Shown here piece by piece: positions 15,275 to 26,213 of a stretch of 30,972 nucleotides of DNA. This stretch comes from a virus (Duplodnaviria > Caudoviricetes): IMG/VR virus record IMGVR_UViG_3300030376_005550, positions 1-30,972 of that record. One strand, 5' to 3'. The translations under genes were made by a program, and so were the position numbers. Positions within the stretch are counted from its first letter, which is position 1; each line of letters opens with the position of its first letter. The notes below the pieces were generated by a model, which worked only from the letters and a program-made list of their open reading frames with translations, searched no databases and had not been told where the DNA came from.

Positions 15275-18200
15275 TCAGGCCTCCATCATTCGCTGTCCGG
15301 GGGTCTGGAAGGCGGCTGCCGACTTGCGTAGCTGACCCACTCCCCCCTGTGTCATGTTAACCCCTCCACCTTGTTCTTGGCCAGGGGATGTGTACATTTG
15401 TTGATTCATTGCCACGAACTCAGGGGAGACCGTGGACTCCATGCCCGCACCATAAGTTAGCCCCATCTGCACACGGGATGCGTATGGGAGTTCTTTGCGG
15501 GCGCGGGTAAATTTATCAAACACCGACTCTGTTACTCTGGAGTAAAGGTCAGGGTAGATTGCCTTAAAGGGGTCTGTCACCTGACTAGTAAGAGTGTTGT
15601 TTGCCAAGTGATAGTAGAAAAGCTTCACTGGGTTGTTAATTACCTCTACGGCCACCGCAAAGTTTTGCTTTTGCTCTGGTGTTGGCTCTGGGTCGTATCG
15701 ATCTAAAAGACCTGGCTCAGCAAGGTCAGGCGTAACTTCTGCAAGATAATTAAATGCCCGAACCGTTGCACCCTGAAGTGGCTCGCTCAGAGCCTCAACA
15801 CCTGGAGACTTAATGGACTCTACAACACCGGCTAGTCTTTGAGGGTCATCTCTTAGTTCTCTAACGCGCTTAACTGTTTTTTCGTATTTTTCATCATCAG
15901 GCACATCACCAGGTTCCGCGATAATTGCACCCGTTGCCCCCAAAACTCGACCAAGAACCGAAGTTCCTCTCACATATTTCTCTGGGGCTTTACCTGCGAT
16001 AGCGACATTTAGCGCGTAGTCCGCACCCCTATCAATCGCCTGACTGGTCTTTCGAGCCACATTAGACAGAGCAGAAACGGTTTGCATAAACTGCAAAGGC
16101 GATGACTTAAGTCGGTTTGCCACCAAGATAGCAGCACCGGCTTGGCTAATTCCTGGGATACCACTTGCGGCGGCTAAGGCAGCAGCGGCATCACTAGCAG
16201 AAGTGCCGCCTTGTGCTCTGTACGCCAAGAGCTGCTCGATGTTTTCGTCGGCTGGTTTAGGTACACTGGCCTCCGCAAACTCTTTAACTCTGCCTTTCAT
16301 CACATCAAGCTGAAGAACTTCTTCTTGAATGTCCGCGAGTCTTTGAGTTACTTCCTCAGGCAGCACAACGTCTTTGTTAACAAAACTCTCTAATGATTCC
16401 ATTAACTTAGAGTATGATGATGCAATGTTGTCCGCAGCTTCCTGCGATACGCCAAGGCCCTCAAGTGACTTAGCATCAGAGGCCTCATCAAAAAGCTCTG
16501 ACATGCTTTTGCCTTTGAGCCGCTGTATTTGCTCAATGGACTTTTGATACTCACCAAGGCGGTTTGTTCTGGATCGAGTTCTCTCAATCGCTTCACGGAT
16601 CTTATTGAGTTTCTTCCGTAGTTCAGGTCTCCCTGCAAGCTCGGTAAACTCAAGAATCTGGTCATCAATAGAAGATAGAAGCGGCTCGATTACATCCGGC
16701 ATACGGTAGAAGGTAACCGTGTCGCCAATGCCTCTTCTTCGCGTAAAGATTTCATTGCGAAGTTTCTTAATTACTTCCTCAGGCAAAAGGTCATCAAGTT
16801 TGCCAACATTTCCAAGCAGCGTTCTGGACGTATCGACAATTCCAAGTCTGGCTTTTTCTAAGGCCGCAGCGCCACCGAATATGTCTTCATCGATATGTAG
16901 CTGCTTAAAAAAGTCTTTTGCGGCAATGGCATCTCTCTTCAGACCACCAGGCGTGAAGTCACCCGTAGCTTTTGCGATTTGATTCGGCGCGTACTCTAGT
17001 TGCCGCAATACTTTTCGTTGCTTGCGGTAAATCTCCAACAAGTCTGCGTTGGATATAGCGCCTTCTTTTTGAGCCCGGGTTAAAACGTCTCCGTAGAGTT
17101 GCCGTGCAGATTCAATCTCTCCAATAGCATCTCGGATAATTTTCTTTGCTTGCTCAGTAATTCGGGGATCACTCAGCATTCGCGTGTATGAATCTAAAGA
17201 CCTTTGGTAAAAACCCTCTTTGCCGTTGATGGCCTGATTAAGAGCTTTGCCTTGATCTACGGTAGAGAAAACGCGTTGAGCAGCTAAGTCGTCGGCAAAC
17301 CTTTGATCGATAACTTCATCGATTGTGCTGGCAACCTGATAATCTCCAAGCCGAACCTTGGTATCTCCGAACTCACCAAGAATGCCACGGGCACCGCTGG
17401 TTATATCGCCAAGGTCGTCAGCCATGCCTCCAAGGATTTCATCTTGGCCATCTGCAAAAGCTTGCGCCGCCCTTGTCTTTGATTCGTTTAGTTGGGCACT
17501 AAGATTGTTTAACGCTTTTGTGTTCTCAGATTTGTTGAGAGCGTTGTACTCTTTGCGAAGGGCTGCAATCTCTTCTTTGAAGTACGCCTTGATTTCGTCG
17601 GTGTCCTTGCCGGCAGCTCTCATCTCCTCCGCATACTTCTGCATGTTGTCGATGCGGGCTGCGATGCCTTGAAAGTCTTCTTGAAACCGCAAGACTTTTG
17701 ACAGCTCATCGGCCATTGCTCGCTGGACGCCAGGGTCATCCGCAGCAATAAACTTAGCAACTGACTCAGAAAACCCATCACCAAATCTATCTACAGAGTC
17801 GGAGTAAACCTTTTTAGCGAGCGCATTCGCTCCTTTAATTGTGCCCGCTGCCAGGGTTTTAGCACCAGACAAAACACCACCAACACCTGCGCCAAGCATC
17901 AGGCCATCAGGTATTTGAGCAGCACCATAGCTTAAAAGTTCTTCAGCGGTGGCATTAGGATTCTCAAGGAATTTATCTGCCATTCCGTAGGTAGCAGAAG
18001 CAACACCGCCCTCTACAGCACCGGCAATAGCCAATGGGGCGACTGACCTAGTAGCCTTCCCGACTAACCCTTCGCCTGCGACTTTGGCAATCGGGGCAGC
18101 CGCAGCTTTCTCCGCAGCACGGGCAACCATACCGGCGGGGGTCTTTCTTGCGAGAGCAGCAACGCCACCTCTAGCCGCAGCACCAGCGCCACCACTAAGG

Positions 18201-18538
18201 ATCGCAGAAGCAACACTAGTACCAATGTCACCGGTATAATACGCGCCAGGGAATGCTTCTTTTGCCGCTGCAAGTTCTATTGGGTCCATGGCCAACTGGC
18301 CTAGTCCCAAAGTAGCACCAGAAACAGCACCACGGCCCAAAGCCTCTAATCTGCCGAGTACGGGGCTTTCCTGAAGATCTACGGCCTCAGCCAAAACGTC
18401 CGCTTCATATTGGCTAATTTGCCGATATGCAGGATCGTCTCGAAATCGGACAATGACGTCAGCTTGACTCAACGGCACCGCATAGGGCTTACCGTCTTTC
18501 TCAAAGTATGCCGTTTTCTGTGCCGGTGATTCTGCCAT
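15275..18538 (-). CDS. large internal virion/DNA ejection protein
   Basis: 1087 aa, helical, with Ala/Gly-rich hydrophobic patches near the N-terminus; last and largest of four genes after the nozzle. Confidence 0.7.
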   Translation of the reverse strand: MAESPAQKTAYFEKDGKPYAVPLSQADVIVRFRDDPAYRQISQYEADVLAEAVDLQESPVLGRLEALGRGAVSGATLGLGQLAMDPIELAAAKEAFPGAYYTGDIGTSVASAILSGGAGAAARGGVAALARKTPAGMVARAAEKAAAAPIAKVAGEGLVGKATRSVAPLAIAGAVEGGVASATYGMADKFLENPNATAEELLSYGAAQIPDGLMLGAGVGGVLSGAKTLAAGTIKGANALAKKVYSDSVDRFGDGFSESVAKFIAADDPGVQRAMADELSKVLRFQEDFQGIAARIDNMQKYAEEMRAAGKDTDEIKAYFKEEIAALRKEYNALNKSENTKALNNLSAQLNESKTRAAQAFADGQDEILGGMADDLGDITSGARGILGEFGDTKVRLGDYQVASTIDEVIDQRFADDLAAQRVFSTVDQGKALNQAINGKEGFYQRSLDSYTRMLSDPRITEQAKKIIRDAIGEIESARQLYGDVLTRAQKEGAISNADLLEIYRKQRKVLRQLEYAPNQIAKATGDFTPGGLKRDAIAAKDFFKQLHIDEDIFGGAAALEKARLGIVDTSRTLLGNVGKLDDLLPEEVIKKLRNEIFTRRRGIGDTVTFYRMPDVIEPLLSSIDDQILEFTELAGRPELRKKLNKIREAIERTRSRTNRLGEYQKSIEQIQRLKGKSMSELFDEASDAKSLEGLGVSQEAADNIASSYSKLMESLESFVNKDVVLPEEVTQRLADIQEEVLQLDVMKGRVKEFAEASVPKPADENIEQLLAYRAQGGTSASDAAAALAAASGIPGISQAGAAILVANRLKSSPLQFMQTVSALSNVARKTSQAIDRGADYALNVAIAGKAPEKYVRGTSVLGRVLGATGAIIAEPGDVPDDEKYEKTVKRVRELRDDPQRLAGVVESIKSPGVEALSEPLQGATVRAFNYLAEVTPDLAEPGLLDRYDPEPTPEQKQNFAVAVEVINNPVKLFYYHLANNTLTSQVTDPFKAIYPDLYSRVTESVFDKFTRARKELPYASRVQMGLTYGAGMESTVSPEFVAMNQQMYTSPGQEQGGGVNMTQGGVGQLRKSAAAFQTPGQRMMEA

Positions 18539-20154
18539 CATCTACCTTCGTACTCTAGTTCTGACCATTCTTTCTCATTATATCCTGGTGGAACATAGTC
18601 ACCGTCAGCGGTCATCACATAGCCAAACTGATCTTTCATATACTCTTCAGCAATTTGATTTGCCCGGTCAAAGTCAGCTCCTTCAACAATTGCGCTATTA
18701 TAGACAAGGGCTGCGCTTGCTTTGTTCTGTAAGTACTCAAGGTAACTCTCAAGCCTTTCAACTGTTGTATTTGGTTCAGCAAGAAGATCTCGGAACACCT
18801 TAACATCCTTATCCGAAATCGACGACGCCGATTGGCCTTGAGATGCTTGGCCAAAAGCGACTGCGTTAATTTTGGTGTAAAAATCTTTAAGAGCTTGAAT
18901 TCTTGGTGACGCACTGGTCAATCCAGCTTCAGTTAAAGCTCCTAATGTGGTGTCGGTTGGATTAGAAATAAATTTTCTCATCAGCTTGTCTGTGACTGAG
19001 TTGTCAGTTTCAGATTGCTTTAATAAAGCACGTGCTGCCTTTAACTCACCCACCAACTTACCTGACTCAGAAATCTTACCCGCAGACAATCGTCGCGTTG
19101 TTTCACCGGTGGCAGCTTTCTGGCTAACCCTTGCATTAAATATTGATTGCTGGAACTGAGCATTTGCTTGAGCTTCCTGATTTTTAATCTGAGCCCTAAG
19201 ATTTTCTGCTTGCTGAGATGCTCCAACTGAATCAAGCGCCACGTCCATAGTCACCCTGGCTTGATCCATAAGCGCACGCTTGGTGTTTGCAAACGCGGTC
19301 TCTGCATTGCCAAGAGCTTGCATAGATCTCGCATAAGCGTTCTCTGATAGATTCACCTTATCGCGCAGTCTGTTGTATTCGTCTTGTTGCCGCTTGGCCT
19401 CTCGATCAATCGCCTGATTGATAAGGTCTAAGCCAACGTTTCTGCCTTGCCCGCCTCGAAAACCACGGGCTGCTTCACCAAGTGCGATGGCAATGCCTGC
19501 AAAAATCTTTGATGATAGATTTGAGTAAGGGCCTTCTTTGCTTGGCTTGTAGCCCTCTAAGGCTTTATTTGCAGCCTCAAAGTCTTCTTGAGTTTCTTGC
19601 TCAATCTCTCTTGCGCGTCGAAGCCTGTCTGACTCCTGCATCTGTTCTACGCGTTGACGCTCGGCTTGGTATGTGTCAATTGCCGCCTGTCTCTGAGGCG
19701 TCAAGTCTTCAGGCAAAACAAAGCGAGCCGCTGAAGGTGCGCGAATACCAAGACTCGCTAATCCTTCTGTTCGGGGGCCTACTCTTTGCCGAACATACTC
19801 AGCCGCACTAATTTGATCAGAGCGAGGACCTTCGGTTGAAACACCAGATAGGTCTACTATTTCGGTGTCGGTCTGAGTCGGCTGAGTTGGCATTGAAGCG
19901 CCTCTCATTGAAGCCGGAAGAGGCGCTTGCGCGATACCAAGAATTCTTTGAACGGAAGCCGGGAGGGCAACCGGTTTTAATGGTTGATTTGATGGAACTA
20001 AATTAGGGTCAACCGTGGCGTAAAGATCTCCATAGGGACTAGCACTCTGAGCTGCAGGCTGTTGACCCGTGGGCGTAAAAGCTTGAGCTGCTCTCTTGTT
20101 ATCAGCCCTTTCTCGGGCCTCACGCTCTGCTTTAAGTATATCGGCGATTGACAT
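18538..20154 (-). CDS. putative ejection protein
   Basis: Coiled-coil rich; hydrophobic IFAGIAIALG segment; position in the operon. Confidence 0.65.
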   Translation of the reverse strand: MSIADILKAEREARERADNKRAAQAFTPTGQQPAAQSASPYGDLYATVDPNLVPSNQPLKPVALPASVQRILGIAQAPLPASMRGASMPTQPTQTDTEIVDLSGVSTEGPRSDQISAAEYVRQRVGPRTEGLASLGIRAPSAARFVLPEDLTPQRQAAIDTYQAERQRVEQMQESDRLRRAREIEQETQEDFEAANKALEGYKPSKEGPYSNLSSKIFAGIAIALGEAARGFRGGQGRNVGLDLINQAIDREAKRQQDEYNRLRDKVNLSENAYARSMQALGNAETAFANTKRALMDQARVTMDVALDSVGASQQAENLRAQIKNQEAQANAQFQQSIFNARVSQKAATGETTRRLSAGKISESGKLVGELKAARALLKQSETDNSVTDKLMRKFISNPTDTTLGALTEAGLTSASPRIQALKDFYTKINAVAFGQASQGQSASSISDKDVKVFRDLLAEPNTTVERLESYLEYLQNKASAALVYNSAIVEGADFDRANQIAEEYMKDQFGYVMTADGDYVPPGYNEKEWSELEYEGR

Positions 20155-21011
20155 CACTTACCCTCCAACTTCTTGAGGCGATCGTTAAGGTTCGCCATGC
20201 CCGCAAGCAACTTACCGAAACCTTCAGGGATAGTCTTCACGCCATCGACTTCTTTGACCATTTCTTCCGGCATGTCTTGAGCCATTACACCGTAGTCGCG
20301 CTCCCCATCAATATCGTACTCTTTGGCAGAGAGAGCGTCTAGCATCTTGCGAGTCTTTGGATTTCCATCCTTAATGTTAGACTTCATATCTTCATCAGAT
20401 ATTTCCTGACCGAGTGCCCCGCCAAGCTGGCCACCGGCCGCCATGGTTGCAGCACCTACGGCTGGACCACCAAAGAAACCAAGTGCCCCGATAGCTGAGC
20501 CAAGAGCACTACCGATGCCTCCACTAAACATTCGATCACGCTCTTCTTCCGCTGCTTTTCGAGCTTGTGCCTCTTGGTACTGTTGAATTTCACCCTGAGT
20601 CTGTAATTGCTGCATCATCTCGTCAGTCTGACGAAGACGCGCTAAATCCGCTGCTCCTGCCTGTGCTGCCGCTTGCGCCCCACCAGCACCTACCGCTCTT
20701 TGCGCTGCTTGTTGAGTTGCTCCAGCAAACGGGCCACGGGCCGCTGCACCAACGCCCATTTGCGCCCCGGCAAGTTCGCGTTGCTGCCGCATAATGTCCT
20801 GAGCAGCTTGGCTCCTGCGCTCGCGGGTTCTAAGACCACGGGCCTCCTCGCCTAGACCAACAAACTGATCTATTTGAGGACCGCGCAAACCAGCGTCTTC
20901 TGCTCTGCTTGTGAGCCGACCTTGTGACTCACCAAGGCGTTCACGTCTCTGCGCCCTATATGTTTCTTTCAGTGAATCTATTGCTTCTTGTGTGGGCAAT
21001 CCGAATGACAT
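20154..21011 (-). CDS. putative pilot/ejection protein with C-terminal peptidase S74-like chaperone domain
   Basis: Gln/Ala-rich body, glycine zipper, then SDEDMKSNI...GVMAQD...LNDRLKKLE. Confidence 0.7.
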   Translation of the reverse strand: MSFGLPTQEAIDSLKETYRAQRRERLGESQGRLTSRAEDAGLRGPQIDQFVGLGEEARGLRTRERRSQAAQDIMRQQRELAGAQMGVGAAARGPFAGATQQAAQRAVGAGGAQAAAQAGAADLARLRQTDEMMQQLQTQGEIQQYQEAQARKAAEEERDRMFSGGIGSALGSAIGALGFFGGPAVGAATMAAGGQLGGALGQEISDEDMKSNIKDGNPKTRKMLDALSAKEYDIDGERDYGVMAQDMPEEMVKEVDGVKTIPEGFGKLLAGMANLNDRLKKLEGK

Positions 21012-21013
21012 CT

Positions 21014-22048
21014 TCACATACCCCCAAATCTTACACCGGCCTGAATTGTACCTATCAGGTCTTCGTAAATTTTCTGTTGCCTCTGCATGTCTCGGGCAAC
21101 TTTCGTGCTCAAGTCATCGCTGATTGTAGCGTTGTTAAGTATGAACTCTAAAGACTCTTGCTTTTGAGCAAGGTCCGCAAGGTTGCCGTAATAATTAGCC
21201 ACGTCGTCAGGAGTAGCTGTTCCAGAACGATACTTATCAAGAAAAGTATTTAACTTTAAAAGGCCTTCATCCCCACCTTTAAGATTCATTTCTAACGCTG
21301 CTCTTGCAGACTGTTCGTAAGGCGTCATTCTTTGTCGCGTAGGAGCGACCGCTGCATCAAAACCAGAAACTACACCAGATGGCCCTAGCGTCGCGGAATC
21401 ATCAAGACGTGTAGAGCCAATGTCTGCTGCTAAAGGAGTGACCATATCCATTCCTTCAAAAGCCTGATTGCCAAGCTCAGGATTAAACTCTCTTTCGAAA
21501 CGTCTTGCCTCCGCTGCGTTAAAAACACTCCTAGCTAACGCCTCTTGCTCCATCGCTCTTTTGGCGGCATCTTGCTGCCCCATTTCAGAGCCAGCGTACA
21601 ATCGCTGAAGCGTATCTTCGCCAGGATCATAGTTTGGATTTGCGTTTAGGAAGTCGACCGCACCTTGAGCGCCGCCCTCTGCCTCGGCAGCCTTCAAGCC
21701 CTCAGCTAAAGCATTTTGCTCTGCAAGGTAACTAGCACCTTGTGCCGCTAATGTGCTTGCAGCACCAAGGCCCGCCTGAAGCATGCCGCCGATTCTTTGA
21801 GTACCCCTTTGATAGTCCTGAATGCGCTTTTGAGCCTCACCAGCCGCAACAACATCACCAAGTCTTTTACGACGAGCAAAATCAGCTTGTGATTGCTGCG
21901 CCTCTCGGGCTTTCGCTTGCTGAGCTGCACCGCCAAGAATTTGCTGGGCCATGCGTCCACGCTGGATCTCATCAACAGTGCCGGTAGCTTGCTGCCTTGC
22001 CAGTTCTTCGGCAGCCTGCGCTGCGATAAGTTGAGCTTCTGGTTCCAT
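21014..22048 (-). CDS. putative ejection protein
   Basis: Ala/Gln-rich helical protein directly after the nozzle; SD AAGGAG. Confidence 0.65.
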   Translation of the reverse strand: MEPEAQLIAAQAAEELARQQATGTVDEIQRGRMAQQILGGAAQQAKAREAQQSQADFARRKRLGDVVAAGEAQKRIQDYQRGTQRIGGMLQAGLGAASTLAAQGASYLAEQNALAEGLKAAEAEGGAQGAVDFLNANPNYDPGEDTLQRLYAGSEMGQQDAAKRAMEQEALARSVFNAAEARRFEREFNPELGNQAFEGMDMVTPLAADIGSTRLDDSATLGPSGVVSGFDAAVAPTRQRMTPYEQSARAALEMNLKGGDEGLLKLNTFLDKYRSGTATPDDVANYYGNLADLAQKQESLEFILNNATISDDLSTKVARDMQRQQKIYEDLIGTIQAGVRFGGM

Positions 22049-22057
22049 GATTGCTCC

Positions 22058-25000
22058 TTACGCTGGGGCGATGGTTTGTGCCGATGGCAGCTTAAAGGTT
22101 CCTGGGCGAGCACCAATTTCAAGAGCTAAACCATTAAGAGCGATACCTGAGTTAGCCCCTGTAACAGTAAGTTTTACCTGAACGGCTTTGCATTTTTGAT
22201 TAGACAAATGAACACGAAGATTCTCTGGGGCATTTGGCATTGCGGCCAAGTTATGTTGCTCTGTAAATCCTTTGTAGTCAAAAGCTAACTGAACAGACAA
22301 CGCTACAGTGCCCGAGTCCTTGGTGGTGTATAGAACCATTGCCCGGTAAACTCTTTGAGCACCCTGAATTCCGTTAATGCTAATCGGCATAAACGAGACA
22401 TCCATATTGTACGCAGATGTTGTTGTAACACCTGAATCAAGTTGGGTTGTCGTATCTTGATACGACGTGCTTGACTGCCTTCGTATCGGGGAGTCATCTG
22501 ATAGGATGTAATGGCTATCATCTGCGCTTCCACCAGTGGCGCTGTAATTGATTTGGTCAACAATGTGCTCGCCAAGGGTCCATTCGCTCCATTGTTTGTA
22601 GAACGTATTAAAGCAACAAATCTTAGAGTTTCCGGAAGTTGGCTGTATCAAAAAGCGAATTTCGTTATTATGATCAAACAAATCAATACTTTTAACAACG
22701 CCCTCTAGGACTGTATCCTCAACCGCCGCACCTATATATTGGATTTGACCATTGGTACCGACCAAGTAAATCCCCCGGTCAGACATGTAGAATGTGCCGA
22801 ACGCATGAGAGAAATGCGCACTGCCAGGGACAGCACCTTGCCCATTACCAAGCAGGCTTGGTTGACTAAAACCACCTTGACCAATGGAGTTGGGCCCATC
22901 ACCGCTAACGGCAAACACCGAGTCCCTAGTAAACAAGCATAAGAAGTTTGGATTTGATTCAATGCCAGCTATATCTGAAGCATCACCCGGAACATCAATA
23001 ACAAACTGCGGGACAGGAAAACCGGCGGCAAAGCCTTGCTGAAGCGGTTTAGAGAAACGAACAAACTCAGTGGGCGTTGCCAAGAAAACTCGACCACGGT
23101 GCTCAATAACATCAGTGATAGATCCCGGCTGATAGTTATCAAGGACGCCACCAGTAGTGTAGATTACCGGCGCTGCATCAAACACGTCCTGAACTTCACC
23201 AAAATCATAAAATGTAAAGTCTCTTTGAGAGGCATCCAAGATACCCGTTTTTACCTTCTTGAGCAAAACACCATCGCCAGACGGAGTAGTTCGATACATT
23301 GTAACTCGTATCGATCCTCGCTTTAAGCTTGCATCGCAAGCATAAACTTTAGCGCACACCGCACCTTTATCCGAGGTTGTATCAACTTGAACCTGCGGGG
23401 TTGTGACCGACTCGTGAATATTATTTAGAGAATCAACAAACTCATATACAAATGAATAAGTGTATGTTTTCGCCGATCCTAAATTAGAAGCAAAATTTGT
23501 CGCAATTGGGGTAAGAGTGCGAACCTCTGGGTATTCATAAAACCCATTCTCCACCAAAGTATTGCCATCATAGGCGCAAAGAACCCCTCCGCCAATAAGT
23601 AGCTGATTGCCGATATCTACCGCAGGCAAAGATCTTGCCGGAAGAGGGTCTAGCTCAGTCACGCCAACCGAATAAAACTGATCGCTCCCAATCTCACTTG
23701 CCAACTCGCTATCATCTGAATCAGTATATGTATTGCCATCAGCCGTTAACACATTAGAGCCAAACAGAAAGCCTGTAGATATTTTGCCGTAACCACTAGG
23801 GGATATTCTTTGAACGCGCGAAACTCCATCAAACATGCGAATGTAGTTTCTATAAGCACTTTCATAATCAGAGCCATAATTCAAAGATGACGTGCCGCTT
23901 GGGGTGCAGGCAAGCAATCTACCCTCTGTATCAATCAAAGCGTTAAAAGAGTTGAAGCTGCCTGTATTTCCATTGGTTCGAGAGATGTTCACATAGGTTT
24001 TAAGCCCAACCCCTGTAGCATCAGCTTTTAGGCTAGTTGAGACATAATCACGAAAACTATCCGAAATAAGAGATGCGTTTTTGCATATTGAAACAGGGGC
24101 ATTTGGTGCAACCGCTGCATCATGATCACCATCGATATAAAAAACTTCGTGATTCTTTGTCCTAATTAACTCATTGCCTTCATCAAGTGTAAGAGAAACA
24201 GTTATAGATAAGCTTCCCCCGATAAAGTTTACAATCGCTGCATCGATTGTAGCACTATCACCGGCAATAAAACCTGAGCCCGGCTCAATGACAGATACGT
24301 TGACAGGGTCTCCAGACTGAAATTGCTGCACATACAAAACGCATTCTGAAGCCATCTCAGCGGCAAGTATAGCGCCACTAAGAGTTGAATCTGGCAAGAC
24401 CCTTACCAAACCCTCTTTCTTAGCTCCATTAGAAACGCTCGATACCGCAACCGTTTTTATGCCGCCAAACTCTGTAGAGCTTCGCTCGAAAAAAGAAGAC
24501 CCTCCCCCGTTGCTTAACATTGTTGGGTTAGATGCGGTCCCTGTAAACGCTGCATGAGACGAGGTTGTTAAAAATACATCAGAGCTATCTGCGGCAATTA
24601 GGCTTTGAGTTCCATTTATTAAAAATCTATACTTTAAATTGTTATGCGTAATCGGGGCAGCGGTCCCAGAAGCAGTAATACCCGCGTTAAAAAACCGGTA
24701 GACCACCTCGGTCTCATAAGATTTTCCGCCACTAGTAAGTTTTCTTGTAAACCCCACCATCAAAGGAAACTGAGCGCCTGATAATACGCCTTCTGGATCA
24801 CTATATGTAAGAGCTATCCCAAGAAAATTGCCCGCACCATAACCGATTGCGTAAGTAGATACCGCTGTGGTTGTTGCTGAGCCACTAAGGTCGGCGTTAG
24901 CAACAGTTGCGTCTTTCTCGGTGTCTGCATCCCAATTTGAAGCAAAGTTAGAAAATGTATATTTTGCTATAATAATTTCATCTGTGGTAAAATTTACAGC

Positions 25001-25888
25001 CCCGCTATTGTCGTAATATGCGACATACAAGGTAGCACCATCGGTGCTTATCGTCGCTCCAATGCTTGGCACATTAAAGTGAATCTCAATGTTTGCACTG
25101 CTACTAGTTCTCAAAGTCGCAGCGGTTGTACCGGTTAAAACAGGAGGCGTTGAACCAGCGAAGTTAAACTCTCTTGATTTAATTGTGGGCAATGCGCCGG
25201 TACTATTTGCGTTGCTATACACCAAGTAAATTTTGTTATTGCTTGCTTCAAACATATGCAGCGAAGGAATACATGCCACTTCTTGCCAAAATGCATCTGT
25301 ACCCGAAGCACCAGACCGGCTAAAGCTTTCAATCTCAGTAGGCGCACGATAGAAAGATCCGCTCGAAACTTCGCGAACCGCCATCATAATCTGAATAGTG
25401 TCGCCAGAAGCCGCTCTAGATGGCTTCACTTGAACCCATGAAAGTATGTCGTAATCAACGCTATCTAATGTTTTACGGACAACATTAACGCGACCAACTT
25501 TTTTGTTAGATGGAGTAAAAGCTGATTTGTTCGAGTAAGTGCAATCAAGAAGAAACTCAATCGGCTTCATGTTGCTGGTGCCAACTTTATTATACAGCAT
25601 TTGGCCATCTGCCATCAAAAGCGAATCTTTAAACTTGTGAAGCATTACACCTTTTTTAGTGTTGGTGCTTGACGGAACAAGGCCACCAAATGGGCTGCTT
25701 TGATCACCAACGGTGCCTGAAGAACTGCGAAAATTGTCAAAACCATTGCGCTTCACAATCTCACCGGTCTTCTCAAAAATTACATCTTTCGCCTCCTGAA
25801 CTGAACCAGGCTCAGACGCAGGCAAAGAAGTCTTTTCGTCAGACCCCTTGAGTATTGGAAACGATATGGTTTGCTTCTTCAAAGCCAT
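22058..25888 (-). CDS. tail nozzle / head-closure protein (large beta-propeller type)
   Basis: 1276 aa, beta-rich; N-terminal G.D.K...G.IVKRNG and C-terminal QRVYRA...KCKAVQVKL as in podovirus nozzles; follows the adaptor. Confidence 0.7.
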   Translation of the reverse strand: MALKKQTISFPILKGSDEKTSLPASEPGSVQEAKDVIFEKTGEIVKRNGFDNFRSSSGTVGDQSSPFGGLVPSSTNTKKGVMLHKFKDSLLMADGQMLYNKVGTSNMKPIEFLLDCTYSNKSAFTPSNKKVGRVNVVRKTLDSVDYDILSWVQVKPSRAASGDTIQIMMAVREVSSGSFYRAPTEIESFSRSGASGTDAFWQEVACIPSLHMFEASNNKIYLVYSNANSTGALPTIKSREFNFAGSTPPVLTGTTAATLRTSSSANIEIHFNVPSIGATISTDGATLYVAYYDNSGAVNFTTDEIIIAKYTFSNFASNWDADTEKDATVANADLSGSATTTAVSTYAIGYGAGNFLGIALTYSDPEGVLSGAQFPLMVGFTRKLTSGGKSYETEVVYRFFNAGITASGTAAPITHNNLKYRFLINGTQSLIAADSSDVFLTTSSHAAFTGTASNPTMLSNGGGSSFFERSSTEFGGIKTVAVSSVSNGAKKEGLVRVLPDSTLSGAILAAEMASECVLYVQQFQSGDPVNVSVIEPGSGFIAGDSATIDAAIVNFIGGSLSITVSLTLDEGNELIRTKNHEVFYIDGDHDAAVAPNAPVSICKNASLISDSFRDYVSTSLKADATGVGLKTYVNISRTNGNTGSFNSFNALIDTEGRLLACTPSGTSSLNYGSDYESAYRNYIRMFDGVSRVQRISPSGYGKISTGFLFGSNVLTADGNTYTDSDDSELASEIGSDQFYSVGVTELDPLPARSLPAVDIGNQLLIGGGVLCAYDGNTLVENGFYEYPEVRTLTPIATNFASNLGSAKTYTYSFVYEFVDSLNNIHESVTTPQVQVDTTSDKGAVCAKVYACDASLKRGSIRVTMYRTTPSGDGVLLKKVKTGILDASQRDFTFYDFGEVQDVFDAAPVIYTTGGVLDNYQPGSITDVIEHRGRVFLATPTEFVRFSKPLQQGFAAGFPVPQFVIDVPGDASDIAGIESNPNFLCLFTRDSVFAVSGDGPNSIGQGGFSQPSLLGNGQGAVPGSAHFSHAFGTFYMSDRGIYLVGTNGQIQYIGAAVEDTVLEGVVKSIDLFDHNNEIRFLIQPTSGNSKICCFNTFYKQWSEWTLGEHIVDQINYSATGGSADDSHYILSDDSPIRRQSSTSYQDTTTQLDSGVTTTSAYNMDVSFMPISINGIQGAQRVYRAMVLYTTKDSGTVALSVQLAFDYKGFTEQHNLAAMPNAPENLRVHLSNQKCKAVQVKLTVTGANSGIALNGLALEIGARPGTFKLPSAQTIAPA

Positions 25889-26202
25889 TAAAACACCCAA
25901 AAGGTTACGGTTACATCAGCAGAGCATCTGACTTTAAATTCCCTAGATAGATTACCACCTGCGCCAGTAGCATCAAATACAACCGAATTGGCGCTCAGCC
26001 TAACTGGTATATAACCTGTTATCGGGCGATTTAGCGAATGGCCAATGACATTATCCTGTCCTGACCTAAGATCAATATCCTCAATCAGAACACCGTCGGT
26101 TATATCGCTATCGGTAACGGAATCCGCAAAACGTTGAATATCGCTTTGCATACCAAGCAAGGGGCCAGGCAAATGAAAGCGGCTAACAAATTTGCGAGCC
26201 AT
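25888..26202 (-). CDS. small structural protein
   Basis: GHSLNRPITGY..VTFWVF; TAATG overlap with the nozzle gene. Confidence 0.7.
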   Translation of the reverse strand: MARKFVSRFHLPGPLLGMQSDIQRFADSVTDSDITDGVLIEDIDLRSGQDNVIGHSLNRPITGYIPVRLSANSVVFDATGAGGNLSREFKVRCSADVTVTFWVF

Positions 26203-26213
26203 GCGTCACCCCC

